Sequence record: DRR723986_9330 | Length of the DNA: 58,511 nucleotides | Strand: one strand, 5' to 3' | Shown: one piece after another, positions 9,789-18,961 of the stretch | How the letters are laid out: every line of letters starts with the position of its first letter | Numbering within the stretch: position 1 is the stretch's first letter | Notes under the pieces: model-generated | What the model was told of the DNA's origin: nothing | Database searches by the model: none | Seen by the model: only the letters and a program-made list of their open reading frames with translations | Program-made: the position numbers and the translations under genes

Positions 9789-10211
9789 CTAATACCCCTC
9801 CGTAAACTCCTCTACATAAGATTCGTCCGGATGCATGGTCACCATGAGGATTTTATAACCCTCATCTCGTTTAACTAAAACAAGTCGCTCATGCACCAAT
9901 TCGCCGTCAACTTCAAAAGTATAACTGAGTTTGACCGTGGTGATGCCGTTGTTATATTTCTTGCTAAATCCTGTTGTTTTTTTACGGTTTTCATGATCAC
10001 CTTGTCTAACAACTCCTCCAAGAAAGGCTCTGAATTCATCTAAATTTTCTTCAGAAGATCCTTCATGATCTACCAAATTCTCTACGATATAATCTACCTT
10101 ACCTTCGTCTAATTTTTTGTGAAATTCATCTGCTACTTTTTCGGCAGCTTCGGTTGAACATGATCCTAATAAAAAGATAAATCCAATAAGGATTAAAATG
10201 GGCTTTTTCAT
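9789..10211 (-). CDS. Hypothetical lipoprotein (paralog A)
   Basis: Lipobox LGSC; 140 aa; paralogous to the neighbouring gene. Confidence 0.85.
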   Translation of the reverse strand: MKKPILILIGFIFLLGSCSTEAAEKVADEFHKKLDEGKVDYIVENLVDHEGSSEENLDEFRAFLGGVVRQGDHENRKKTTGFSKKYNNGITTVKLSYTFEVDGELVHERLVLVKRDEGYKILMVTMHPDESYVEEFTEGY

Positions 10212-10263
10212 ACATTTTGATTTTATATAAATGTATTGAATTATCTGGTGATTCCTAAATGAA

Positions 10264-10686
10264 TCAATATTGCTCAGTAAAATCTTCTACATAAGATTCA
10301 TCTGGATGCATGGCCACCATGAGTATTTTATATCCTTCTTCTCGCTCAACAAGTACAATGCGTTCATGAATTAACTCACCATCAACCTCAAAGGTGTACT
10401 TGTATTTCACAGTGGATATGCCATTTGAAATTTTCTTTTCAAAGCCCATTTTCTTTTTTCTATTTTTTTGCTCTCCCATGTCTACAATTCCTTGCAAAAA
10501 AGATTTAAACTCCACTTTATCCTGAGGGGTGGTATCCACATCATCAAATAGCACATTAACAATGTCATCTATTTCTCCGGCATCCAATTTTTTATGAAAT
10601 TCATCTGCTATATGTTCAGAATTTCCAGTAGAACAACTTGTTAAAATAAGACTCAATCCAATTAAGGAAATAAAAAAAGATTTCAT
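10264..10686 (-). CDS. Hypothetical lipoprotein (paralog B)
   Basis: Start MKSFFISLIG at 10686 gives 140 aa like paralog A; lipobox LTSC; shared ADEFHKKLD, YTFEVDGEL.HER, MHPDESYVE. Confidence 0.85.
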   Translation of the reverse strand: MKSFFISLIGLSLILTSCSTGNSEHIADEFHKKLDAGEIDDIVNVLFDDVDTTPQDKVEFKSFLQGIVDMGEQKNRKKKMGFEKKISNGISTVKYKYTFEVDGELIHERIVLVEREEGYKILMVAMHPDESYVEDFTEQY

Positions 10687-10757
10687 TAGGTTAATTTTAA
10701 TTACGTACTTTAAGTTAATACCTTTCAGGGCACAGATTGAAATTAATAAAAACAATT

Positions 10758-10783
10758 TGAACCTTTTGAAAAGAAGGGTGTAA
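10758..10783 (+). promoter_or_regulatory. Putative ECF sigma promoter (TGAACC-N15-TGTA) of the ECF operon
   Basis: TGAACCTTTTGAAAAGAAGGGTGTAA upstream of 10803; 22/26 identical to 27048-27073. Confidence 0.7.
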
Positions 10784-10802
10784 TCAATAGCAAAGATAGC
10801 GT

Positions 10803-11789
10803 ATGCTAAGAATAGGAATTTACATATTGTGCATGTTGAGTTGGTCGGTAATCGCCCAAGAACTGCCTGATAATGCAGCAGATGCATTAAAGGAGTACGT
10901 GAACATGCGTGAAGGATATAAACACAGTTCAACTAAGGAATTTAGCCGAACTGAGCAATTCACCATGGACGATTGGTGCTATGCCATGCAAAAGAAATTT
11001 CCTGATGCATTTGAAACAGATTATGCCTGGTATTTAAATGGCTTTTATTATTCAGATAGCGAAGAGCACATTTTAGCGGCTTATAAAAAAGCCCCAAAAG
11101 ATGAACGTGTATTGAAGTCTCTATTTGGGCATTACCTTACAAAACGTGAAACAGGAAAAGCAAAAGGTTTGGTAAGTGAAATTGCCGGCTTCTATTCTAA
11201 AAACACACTAGCTTATTATAAAGATGCGGCGCCACAAAACGGGGCGATCATAGCAAGTTCACTGACAGATGCCATTCCGTTTTATATCCTACAATTTAGA
11301 GGGGAAATTAAAGAATCTGTGAAGATCATCTGCATGGAATTTTTAATCAATAAAACTTATGCAGCTCCATTTAAGTCAAGCCTTAAAACGGGTGATTTGG
11401 AGTTTTTTGGCAATGAAAAGGCTTATTTAAGAAAAGCCATGAATCTTGGAGGGGCTTACTTATCAACTACCGTTTCACAAGCCTATTTATCGGGCAATGA
11501 AGAAAACTGTTATTTGGTAGGATTAAGCTATCAATTTAAGCCAGCAGATCAGCTGCAAAGCCTTGAAACATTTTGGAAAAAAGTGGCAGGACGGAATTTG
11601 GCAAGTTTGAGTTTAACTTCCTCAGAAAAGGAATTGTATACCAACTATTTGCCACCATTATTGACATTGTACAAATTGAAAAAATTAAAAGGAGAGAAGG
11701 ACGCAACACTGCGAAACGCAATTGTTGTTTTGGGAGAGAAAGTTGGACAAACTAAAACTGTAAATGGAATACTAGCAGAATACGATTAA
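10803..11789 (+). CDS. Exported helical hypothetical protein, first gene of the ECF operon
   Basis: Signal peptide ending VIA-Q; 6 nt gap to the sigma gene. Confidence 0.75.
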   Translation: MLRIGIYILCMLSWSVIAQELPDNAADALKEYVNMREGYKHSSTKEFSRTEQFTMDDWCYAMQKKFPDAFETDYAWYLNGFYYSDSEEHILAAYKKAPKDERVLKSLFGHYLTKRETGKAKGLVSEIAGFYSKNTLAYYKDAAPQNGAIIASSLTDAIPFYILQFRGEIKESVKIICMEFLINKTYAAPFKSSLKTGDLEFFGNEKAYLRKAMNLGGAYLSTTVSQAYLSGNEENCYLVGLSYQFKPADQLQSLETFWKKVAGRNLASLSLTSSEKELYTNYLPPLLTLYKLKKLKGEKDATLRNAIVVLGEKVGQTKTVNGILAEYD

Positions 11790-11795
11790 CACCCC

Positions 11796-12383
11796 ATGCG
11801 GCTTTTAAAGAAAGATTATTCAAAATACACGGATGAAGATCTAATGCGCTCATTTACTGAGGGTAATAAGGTAGCCTTTGAGCATATTTATGCCAGATAT
11901 GAGAGTTTTATGGTCAACTTTTTTTACCGAAAACTGTGGAGTGATAGAATAAAAGCAGAAGATTTTGCACATGATTTGTTTACCAAAATCATTGATAAAC
12001 CAGAGTCATTTGACTTGAGTAGAAACTTTAAAACATGGCTTTTCTCAGTTGCCAATAACATGTGCAAGAATGAGTATAAAAAGCAAGAAGTGAGAAAGAA
12101 TACAGGATATGATGTTCCTGAAGGGGTAGAAGCAACGGACAACACCATAATGCCAGACAAGGCAGTTGACCAAAATAATTTTAGCGAACAATTGAAAGTA
12201 GAACTAAATAAATTAAACGAAAAACACCGAGAGGTCTTTGAATTAAGACATTTTGAAGGACTCTCACTAAATGAAATAGCGGAAACACTAGAAATCAATG
12301 CGGGCACGGTAAAGTCAAGATTGCATCATGCAACCAAAACTTTAGCAGAGAAATTGACGGTTTTCAGAAAAACAATGATATGA
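11796..12383 (+). CDS. ECF RNA polymerase sigma factor
   Basis: AFEHIYARY, AEDFAHDLF, FKTWLFSVANN (region 2); REVFELRHFEGLSLNEIAETL..GTVKSRL (region 4). Confidence 0.95.
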   Translation: MRLLKKDYSKYTDEDLMRSFTEGNKVAFEHIYARYESFMVNFFYRKLWSDRIKAEDFAHDLFTKIIDKPESFDLSRNFKTWLFSVANNMCKNEYKKQEVRKNTGYDVPEGVEATDNTIMPDKAVDQNNFSEQLKVELNKLNEKHREVFELRHFEGLSLNEIAETLEINAGTVKSRLHHATKTLAEKLTVFRKTMI

Positions 12384-13504
12384 TAAAAGAAGCAGAAAAT
12401 ATCATCCTTACCAAGCAGTATTACGAGCTGTCGGCTGATGAACTCGCTACCGTAAGCGAACTGGTTGCAAACGCAGAAGAGTTTGAAGACATGAAATGGT
12501 TTTTGGCCAGTACGCAACAAGCCTTGGTTTCTGAAAAAATTGAAGCAAGTCCTGACTTGAAGAAAAAAATAATGGCCCACTTAAACCAACCTGCTGAAAA
12601 AAGAAGGTTTTGGCTAAATGGAGTCATTCCGTTCTTATTACCGGAGGATAAAAAGTTTTATCAAAAACCAGCATTTCAAATGTCAATTGCGGCTGTATTG
12701 ATTATTGGATTTATCATGATTAACAATAACTCCTTTAAAGATTCAACAGTAGCATTGAATGATGGTAAAATGATTGAAGATAAAGTGGGTGGAGAAAAAT
12801 CAGGTGAATTGATTCCTGAAGAAGTAGAAGAGGTTAGCTCAACGCTTGTTTTAGAAGAACCAGAGTCGGTAGAAGATTTAGGAGGTGCTGAATTGGCCAA
12901 TACACGAGTGGTTGAAGATGCAGTGGTTTACGAAGTTGTAGAAGAAGAGGAGATTGATGAAATTGGACATGATGGTTACTACTCTGGTCCATTATCAGAT
13001 GATGATTTAAAGAAAATTGAGCAATCAAAAGATAAGGACCTGAACAACTTAAGTACGAACGGAAACAACTTTGGAAATAATACCGGTAAAGTTGAAAAAA
13101 CAGTGGCGCCTGCAATAGTAGATATGGATGATGAAACGGTGGTGACTACGAATAACAATACGCAGAATGTACCTGGACAAAGTGGAGGAGCTAAAGATCA
13201 AAGTGATTTTAAAGGCAAGAAAAAAGCAGATAAAAAAGAAGGGAAAGATCGTAGGTTAAAGAAAACAAATGCAGATGCCTCCTCATCTAACTCTGAGGTT
13301 GCCAACAAACCTGATGTTGAGCAAAATATTGCAGGTGGTTACTATGACAAAAACAGAGACGATTCAAAGTTGAAATCAGAATCGGATGATGCAGACGTTA
13401 TTCTAGAAGATGACAAAGAAAAAGAATACAAAGAAATTCGTCCTTTTTCTGCCCATGTAAATGAAACCAAAGAGTTGAAAAAGCTCTTTACAGTTTACAA
13501 GTAA
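12380..13504 (+). CDS. Putative anti-sigma factor (single TM, long acidic low-complexity C-terminus)
   Basis: ATGA overlap with the sigma gene; TM segment MSIAAVLIIGFIMI near residue 100. Confidence 0.65.
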   Translation: MIKEAENIILTKQYYELSADELATVSELVANAEEFEDMKWFLASTQQALVSEKIEASPDLKKKIMAHLNQPAEKRRFWLNGVIPFLLPEDKKFYQKPAFQMSIAAVLIIGFIMINNNSFKDSTVALNDGKMIEDKVGGEKSGELIPEEVEEVSSTLVLEEPESVEDLGGAELANTRVVEDAVVYEVVEEEEIDEIGHDGYYSGPLSDDDLKKIEQSKDKDLNNLSTNGNNFGNNTGKVEKTVAPAIVDMDDETVVTTNNNTQNVPGQSGGAKDQSDFKGKKKADKKEGKDRRLKKTNADASSSNSEVANKPDVEQNIAGGYYDKNRDDSKLKSESDDADVILEDDKEKEYKEIRPFSAHVNETKELKKLFTVYK

Positions 13505-13956
13505 TGAAGGCTGTATTCATTCTCATGGCATTGTGTTTTACGCGATCGTTGTCTGCTCAGATTGAAGTAAAAAACGCTGCTACGTTCAAATCGTATTTAG
13601 AATATGGGGCAACCGATTCGGTGCCGGCGGTTTATTTTACTGTTACCGTAACCAACAACACTGATAAAGCCATTCCAGACATTGATGTGAGTAATAGAGG
13701 ATTGCATTTAAATTTTTTTGTGAATGGTGATAATCACAATCCCATCTCTATGTATAACGGGTTAGAATCCACTCAAGAAGATCACCTTATTCATCCAGGT
13801 GAAAGTGATACTTATCAATGGATGTGGTTATTTAAAGATGAATGGAAGTTGGAGGAGTCTTATGGGCAAACTCCGATTGTGCACTGGACTTATCAAAATA
13901 TTGAATCCAACAAAATTCAAATTGATATCAAACGACAAGAAGAAATTAAGCGATAA
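13504..13956 (+). CDS. Secreted hypothetical protein, probably Ig-like beta sandwich
   Basis: TAATG coupling to upstream gene; signal peptide; FTVTVTNNTD..IHPGES. Confidence 0.7.
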   Translation: MKAVFILMALCFTRSLSAQIEVKNAATFKSYLEYGATDSVPAVYFTVTVTNNTDKAIPDIDVSNRGLHLNFFVNGDNHNPISMYNGLESTQEDHLIHPGESDTYQWMWLFKDEWKLEESYGQTPIVHWTYQNIESNKIQIDIKRQEEIKR

Positions 13957-15634
13957 CTCGGAGTCGTTTTTTTAATTCTTCAATTCGTGCTTCTTTGCCT
14001 GGCTGCCTTAGATTGAGTGCAGAAGTAGTATAATACTGATGTTTATTTTCAAGATAGTCAATTTGCATTTCAATTTTTTCTCGTTCCGTTAATTCGGCGT
14101 GAAAGCTATCGTTTTCTTTAAAAAGTCGTCCGGCAATCACATGGTAATCTGCTCTCCCCAAGTAATCGTGATCTGCATCACACATAATTTGTTCCATTAG
14201 GTTGGTCGGTTCAATATCTACACTAGTTGAGAGAATCATTTTACAGACGATATCGATATATTCCTCATTATAGCCGAATTCTGTACCATATTTTTCAAAT
14301 AATTTGGCGCCAATATTCTCGTTGTCATCATATTTTACCAGATAACCACTATCGTGAAATAAGGCAGCCGTTCTGCACAGCATAGTCTCTTCATCATTCA
14401 GATTTTCGAGCTGTGCATATTTGATAATCGCTTCTTCAACATTTAAAGTGTGCTCATACGAATGGTAAATCAGATTATCATCTAATTCAGCCTTGAGTTT
14501 GTTTAATATGAATAAGCGCATGCCATCAAAATCAGCTTTGGGCAGGCCAACTTTCACTCTTAAATCTTGGTTAGGATTGATGCCTCTGCCGTAAAAAGAG
14601 TGCTCGAGTTTGATGCGATTTAAAAAGTGCATGCCCACCTTACCTCTATTTTTAACCGCTATTTCGCCCCTGCTTTCACAATCAAAATAGGTTTTTATCT
14701 GCTCGTAAAAGTCATGAGAAATATTAATGGTGTTGTTTTCTGCGTTTTGCTCACATCTGGCCGCCACATTCACTGTATCACCCCAAACATCAAAACTGAA
14801 CTTATGCTGACCAACTACGCCGGCTACCAAAGGTCCGGAATGAATACCGATTCGAATCTCCCAAAAATCCCTGTTCATGGCTTTTGAAGTTTCCATTTCA
14901 GTATGCATAAAGTGTTGAATTTCTACAGCCGCTAGAGCTGTTCTAATGGCATGATGTGGTGCTTTTTCAGTTACCCCACCAACAGCCATATAGGCGTCAC
15001 CAATGGTTTTAATTTTCTCTAGTTTGTACCGTTTGATGATTTCATCAAATTTGGTGAAGTAATAATCTAATTTTTTAATCAGCAGATCCGGATTCATATC
15101 TCGTGTAATTTGCGAGAACTTCACAAAATCTGTGAACAAGACCGTGGCATTTGAAAATTTCTTTGGAGATGACTTACCGTGAACACTGAACTCTTTCAAT
15201 GTTTGGCTGGGTAAGATATTCTCTAATAGTTTTGAAACACGCTTTTGTTTCTGGCTTAAATATTTGTATACCCCGATTTTAGTTTGCACCAATTTGGGGT
15301 GAAATGGTTTTTGTAAAAAATCAACCGCACCTTTCTTTGAGTGATCAATTGCGTCATACAATCTTTCGTTAGACGAGGAGGTAACAATGATATTGATGTT
15401 TAGTATTTGATCTCGTGAGTTGATCCACCTGATAATCTCCCGTTGATCAATGTTTTCATTATCTAAATCCAATAATACAATTGATATCTCTTTGGATTGG
15501 AGTAACTCTAAGGCTTCTTTGTTGTTTTCTGCGGTGAATATGTTGTTGCCTGGTTTTCTAAGAATTGCGAGTAGATCCAATAAATCATTCGGATTCGCTT
15601 CAATCAACAAGATGTTGCATATTTTATCCAGCAT
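13946..15634 (-). CDS. Receiver domain - class III adenylate/guanylate cyclase - HD domain fusion
   Basis: REC (IVLLDLD, FLQKPF); cyclase VLFTDFVKFS, KIKTIGDAYM, IRIGIHSG, FDVWGDTVNVAAR; HD YHSYEH..FHDSG..CDAD. Confidence 0.92.
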   Translation of the reverse strand: MLDKICNILLIEANPNDLLDLLAILRKPGNNIFTAENNKEALELLQSKEISIVLLDLDNENIDQREIIRWINSRDQILNINIIVTSSSNERLYDAIDHSKKGAVDFLQKPFHPKLVQTKIGVYKYLSQKQKRVSKLLENILPSQTLKEFSVHGKSSPKKFSNATVLFTDFVKFSQITRDMNPDLLIKKLDYYFTKFDEIIKRYKLEKIKTIGDAYMAVGGVTEKAPHHAIRTALAAVEIQHFMHTEMETSKAMNRDFWEIRIGIHSGPLVAGVVGQHKFSFDVWGDTVNVAARCEQNAENNTINISHDFYEQIKTYFDCESRGEIAVKNRGKVGMHFLNRIKLEHSFYGRGINPNQDLRVKVGLPKADFDGMRLFILNKLKAELDDNLIYHSYEHTLNVEEAIIKYAQLENLNDEETMLCRTAALFHDSGYLVKYDDNENIGAKLFEKYGTEFGYNEEYIDIVCKMILSTSVDIEPTNLMEQIMCDADHDYLGRADYHVIAGRLFKENDSFHAELTEREKIEMQIDYLENKHQYYTTSALNLRQPGKEARIEELKKRLRVIA

Positions 15635-15697
15635 GTAGCAAAGGCTTAGTGAATCAAATATACGAAAACCCTCATGTTACTGGGAGAAAGGCGAAAT

Positions 15698-16432
15698 TTA
15701 AATTTCCCACAAGTCATCTTTAGCAACCCATCCTTTATTCCCATTGATTTCAATTTGTTGCCATTCACCATCTTTACTGATGAGTTTAATTTTAGCCCCA
15801 GCTCCTAAACTGAAAGATGTTTTAGCGTCCTCAATTGGTGACATTTTCACATCTGCTGTTTTCGAAATAATTACGCCTTCTGTTCGGTTGTTTAATCGTG
15901 CCTTCTGCATCCCCGCAAAAATGACCGAACTGAACATGATGACTGCACAAATGGATGCCGATAAAAGAATGATGTTTTTACGTGAGCCCGCTTTTGAGCG
16001 CAGGAACAATATCACTAAAAAGGCCAAAACGAATGAACTTATTATGCTCAAATACGACCAAAAGTTGATGTTTTCTGAATACAATAATCCATCAATCCAA
16101 TGACCTAGGCCTTGTCGCGAGATATCTATTTTATCTATTGTTTGAGCGTTTACAAATTCTAAATTGAACAGTGCATCCTCATGGTCAGGGTCAAGTTTTA
16201 ATGCTGATTCATAGGCCCAAATAGCTCTACCTATATCCTTGTTGCGGTAATGAGCGTTGCCTAAATTATAGTACAAATCGGCACTGTGTTTTTCATCTGC
16301 AATGATAGCAGAATAGGCATCTATCGCCTCAGTATAATTGCCCTCTTCATACAAGTTATTAGCGTTTTCAAATGACCCCTGTCCGTAAGAAACAGTGGAG
16401 ATTAAAAAGATATGGATGATGAGCGCTTTCAT
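15698..16432 (-). CDS. batE: BatE-like TPR/SH3 protein
   Basis: TPRs (LYYNLGNAHY, YESALKLDP), two TM segments, C-terminal SH3b-like ..KGWV; last gene of the bat operon. Confidence 0.8.
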   Translation of the reverse strand: MKALIIHIFLISTVSYGQGSFENANNLYEEGNYTEAIDAYSAIIADEKHSADLYYNLGNAHYRNKDIGRAIWAYESALKLDPDHEDALFNLEFVNAQTIDKIDISRQGLGHWIDGLLYSENINFWSYLSIISSFVLAFLVILFLRSKAGSRKNIILLSASICAVIMFSSVIFAGMQKARLNNRTEGVIISKTADVKMSPIEDAKTSFSLGAGAKIKLISKDGEWQQIEINGNKGWVAKDDLWEI

Positions 16433-18147
16433 TAGATCTTTCCGTTAATAGATTTGAAAAATGATTCGGTTTCAGCAATTAATTGATCCACATTCTCTGA
16501 AGACATTGGGGCAAATTGGGCCATTTCTATCTTATCCCAAATTGTCGCAAACTGATCACAAAGACTTTGGTCAATTGCTTTACTATTGAGGAGACTTAAA
16601 ATGTTTGATTTTGAAAGGCCTGAACGTCCCACTTTAAGATGAGTCATCAAATAATCATCTAGAGTAGCTTTTAATTGTTTGATGTTTTCTTTAGGATCTG
16701 CTGATTTTCCTTGTTTTTTAATTTGCTTAATGTCTTTAACTGCAGTTTTTCGAACTGTTTTTTGCGCTTGTTGGTTCAATTCTTCATCTGTTTGTTTCGA
16801 TTTTTTTCTTCTAATAATAAAGAAGATAAAGGCAAAGCCTAACGGAGCTAACATTAGCAAGTAGTAAAACAATCCACCAAAAAACTGCTCTCCTAATTGA
16901 AAGAAATCAACGTCTTTTTTATGGATAAACCGAATGTCATCCTCTGTAAACTCAGTTTGAGCTTCGGGCCCATGAACTGCTACATCATTACCTTTAGTCA
17001 CATCTATTGTAAAGGCTTCAGTGGTCACTGCCTTAATTTTTTGTTCCGCTAAACTGTAATAAGCAAACGAATAGGGTAGGATAGAGTACTGACCTTCTTT
17101 TGTTGGTGTAATCACAAAGGTGTACTCCGCATTTCCTTCAATTCCTTTTTCAGTTGCTTGAAAATTCTCTGTGTATTCAGGGTCAGAAACCAGAAAGCTT
17201 TCTGGAAACAGGAATGATGGATCTTGAAAATGATGAAAGTTGCCGCTACCTGAAACTTTTACTTTTAGCTCTATGGCTCTATTCGCTTGTGTTTTGGTTT
17301 TACTGATGGTATGCGTCAACTCAAAATCACCTACCATGCCGTAAAAATTCTCAGGCTTTTCACCCGGAATTGGATTGACTTTAATCTCTTCGGCGTTAGA
17401 GTAATCTTCAAAATAAGAAGAATTAAAAAAGTCATATTGGTCAACGGCGCGCCCAAAATATGGGTCAATTTTAAGTTTTCCTGGGTTGTTGGCAATGGCC
17501 ACTTCTTTTCTCAAATGAATGACATAATATTTTTTACCCTTCACTGTTTCGGTACCCATTGGGAAAGCAAAATTCGCTGCCATTTCATTGAACAGGTTTT
17601 GACGCCATGCTCCTCCAATACCGCCAGAGGTAATTGTAGTAATATCTTGCGGGCGTTTAGCTGAGTATAAATAGAAGTTGATGAGAAAAGGCTCGCCTTG
17701 CATTACGGAACTCTTATTACATACTATTTTGTAATAGAAGTCTGCCGTTCCTTCATTGGCTTCAAATACCGTTCCTGCATCCAGCACTTCAACAGAAATT
17801 TCATCCGATCGTGCATCTTTGTTTTTACATTTTACCTTGGCTCTACCTATCTTGAATTTACCTTTCTTTTTAGCTCTTAAAATGAATTCTAAAGTGCTAG
17901 AACATGTACTTTTGGTTACACCGTTGATACTTGTCGTAGAATTAAATTTACCCGGAGCCCTTTGTAAGATGTCAAAATCAGATAAGTCTGGTGCAATAAT
18001 ATCGCAATCACAATCAGTTGTGATTTTATAAGAAAAGTTGTCGTTGTCGGTAACGGTAGACGCAGAAATTGCGGCGTCAACATAAGCTTGCTGCGCAAAT
18101 CCACTGGCTAAAATGGCAAATTGTGATATGATTAATAGCTGTTTCAA
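16432..18147 (-). CDS. batD: BatD family protein
   Basis: Ig-like modules, GMVGDFEL, KVSGSGN, C-terminal TM and AQFAP; probable TTG start at 18147 immediately after batC. Confidence 0.8.
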   Translation of the reverse strand: MKQLLIISQFAILASGFAQQAYVDAAISASTVTDNDNFSYKITTDCDCDIIAPDLSDFDILQRAPGKFNSTTSINGVTKSTCSSTLEFILRAKKKGKFKIGRAKVKCKNKDARSDEISVEVLDAGTVFEANEGTADFYYKIVCNKSSVMQGEPFLINFYLYSAKRPQDITTITSGGIGGAWRQNLFNEMAANFAFPMGTETVKGKKYYVIHLRKEVAIANNPGKLKIDPYFGRAVDQYDFFNSSYFEDYSNAEEIKVNPIPGEKPENFYGMVGDFELTHTISKTKTQANRAIELKVKVSGSGNFHHFQDPSFLFPESFLVSDPEYTENFQATEKGIEGNAEYTFVITPTKEGQYSILPYSFAYYSLAEQKIKAVTTEAFTIDVTKGNDVAVHGPEAQTEFTEDDIRFIHKKDVDFFQLGEQFFGGLFYYLLMLAPLGFAFIFFIIRRKKSKQTDEELNQQAQKTVRKTAVKDIKQIKKQGKSADPKENIKQLKATLDDYLMTHLKVGRSGLSKSNILSLLNSKAIDQSLCDQFATIWDKIEMAQFAPMSSENVDQLIAETESFFKSINGKI

Positions 18148-18148
18148 A

Positions 18149-18961
18149 TTACCAGTCTTTCTTTTTAGGTGAGCCGTATCCAACCCGCTTGTTCTTGTCT
18201 AATCGCTCTTGTAATTCTTTTTCTCTCTTGTAATAAGTATCTAATATGCGTTGGATATCATCTTTAGACATTTTGTTTCCAAATTGTTGACCCTGTCCTT
18301 CTTTCTCATCTTGATTCTCCTCTTTGTTACCTTCTGAGTTTTGTTCAGATTGTTCATCATTTTCCTCTTCATCATTTTGTTGCTCTTCTTGATCTCCATT
18401 TTGATTCTCTTCTTCGTCCGAGTTGTTCTCGTCATTTTGGGAATCTTGGCTGTCATTTTGATTCTCACTGTCGCTTCCTTCACCGTTTGAGTTGTCATTG
18501 TTCTGTTCAGAGTTTTGCTCTTGCTCGTCTTGTTCTCTTTTTAAACTCAAGGCATAGGCTAAATTATATCGTGTTTCTTCATCTGAAGGATTCAATCTCA
18601 ATCCATTTTTATAAGCTTCAATTGCACCTTCCAAATTTTGACTCATCATGTGTGCGTTACCCATATTGTGGTAAACTTTCGATTTATCAAAAGATGTTGG
18701 TCCTAGATTCACAATTTTCTCATAAGATTCAATGGCTTTAGGATAATCTCCTAATCTATACAAAGCATTTGCTAAATTATAATTGGCTTTAAAATTCAAT
18801 GGAGAATAACTGACAGCATCTTCATAATAACTCAAGGCATCTTCATATTGGCCCTCATTGAATTCTATGTTGCCATAGTACATCAAGCGTTTCACATCAT
18901 CCTGTGCATGCAAAATACTGCTAATACAAACACTCCATATGATAAGTAAACTATACTTCAT
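18149..18961 (-). CDS. batC: BatC TPR protein with Q/E/N/D-rich linker
   Basis: TPRs (YNLANALY, HNMGNA, TRYNLAYA), acidic low-complexity tract, terminal KKDW; start MKYSLLII at 18961. Confidence 0.85.
   Translation of the reverse strand: MKYSLLIIWSVCISSILHAQDDVKRLMYYGNIEFNEGQYEDALSYYEDAVSYSPLNFKANYNLANALYRLGDYPKAIESYEKIVNLGPTSFDKSKVYHNMGNAHMMSQNLEGAIEAYKNGLRLNPSDEETRYNLAYALSLKREQDEQEQNSEQNNDNSNGEGSDSENQNDSQDSQNDENNSDEEENQNGDQEEQQNDEEENDEQSEQNSEGNKEENQDEKEGQGQQFGNKMSKDDIQRILDTYYKREKELQERLDKNKRVGYGSPKKKDW

Noticed and set aside
10687-10932. 82-aa N-terminal extension of the 222-aa ORF
   Set aside because: It overlaps the divergent gene at 10803 and its promoter. The internal ATG at 10686 gives a lipoprotein the same length as its paralog.
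13946-15634. Pycsar/CBASS-type anti-phage cyclase system
   Set aside because: The cyclase has a receiver domain and ATP-type specificity residues, and there is no adjacent TM or TIR effector; a signalling role fits better.
18270-18540. Low-complexity Q/E/N/D tract as a novel repeat
   Set aside because: This acidic linker is a usual feature of BatC proteins.
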